Positions 63,555 to 64,000 of a DNA stretch of 64,000 nt are shown piece after piece. Positions within the stretch are counted from its first letter, which is position 1. Every line of letters begins with the position of its first letter. Location of the stretch: the NCBI GenBank assembly GCA_963703225.1, contig OY969801.1, positions 864,001-928,000 on the forward strand, given 5' to 3'. The position numbers were made by a program, and so were the translations under genes. A model generated the notes under the pieces. The model searched no databases and was not told the origin of the DNA. It was given only the letters and a program-made list of their open reading frames with translations. The stretch comes from Candidatus Eiseniibacteriota bacterium. Its GTDB lineage: Bacteria; Eisenbacteria; RBG-16-71-46; SZUA-252.

Positions 63555-64000
63555 TGCCGACAGCGATCGCGACCCGGCCGGTGGTCGTGGTCGGGGCGGG
63601 GACGATGGGAAGCGGGATCGCCCAGGTCTTCGCGGCCTCGGGGCGGCAGGTCTTGCTGCTCGATCCCGTGGAGGCGGCACTCCAGAAGGGCCTGGGCGTG
63701 ATCCAGAAGAGCCTCGGCCGCCTCGTCGACAAGGGCACATTGGACTCGGGCGCGCGCGAGGAGACCCTCAAGCGGATCGTGACCCGCGAAGCGGGATTTC
63801 CGTTCGCCGAGTGCGCCATCGCGGTGGAGGCGGTCCCCGAGCGGCCTGAGATCAAGAAGAGCGTCTTTCAGACGCTCGACGAAAAGCTACCGCCCCACGC
63901 GATCCTCGCGACGAACACCTCCTCGATCTCCGTGACGGAGCTCGCGGCGTCCACGCGCCGCCCGGCGCGGTTCGTCGGAATGCACTTCATGAATCCGGTT
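63554..64000 (+). CDS. 3-hydroxybutyryl-CoA dehydrogenase (5' part, runs off window)
   Basis: Manual translation: VVGAGTMGSGIAQ, VEAVPE, LATNTSSIS, GMHFMNPV. Confidence 0.93.

Overview
GC-rich (roughly two-thirds G+C by eye) chromosomal segment of a diderm bacterium. Gene order (folB-folK-dNK-panB-panC, LytR_C-tatA, Wzi and several OM beta-barrels) suggests an FCB-group lineage such as Ca. Eisenbacteria; this is inference and was not checked. Most genes are housekeeping: efp, valS, uvrB-nadC-birA-nrdR-tatC-coaX, groEL, murB, dapL, folate/pantothenate genes, uvrA, the ffh-rpsP-khpA-rimM-trmD-rplS-rnhB-yraN operon, and a B12 acyl-CoA mutase/short-chain acyl-CoA cluster. About 20 single-base frameshifts, some in essential genes, look like uncorrected long-read indels. 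I saw no rRNA, tRNA, CRISPR array, transposase or integrase. Best leads: (1) a self-contained sigma54 circuit (PAS kinase, enhancer-binding regulator, TGTC-N9-GACA sites, -24/-12 promoter) whose transcript encodes a receiver protein and a 15-aa Lys/Ala micropeptide missed by the ORF track; (2) a ~117-nt rod-shaped RNA with its own strong promoter, divergent from ffh, with 14 nt exactly complementary to that micropeptide's 3' UTR; (3) a wHTH + nucleotidyltransferase pair behind a perfect 18-bp palindrome (AbiE/MenAT-like); (4) tandem paralogous secreted proteins with an orphan alternative C-terminus; (5) an HD / degenerate FolE / GT2 / CxxC-less TrxB operon; (6) isobutyryl-CoA-type specificity residues in the mutase; (7) long dual-coding overlaps (scoA/scoB, uvrB/nadC).
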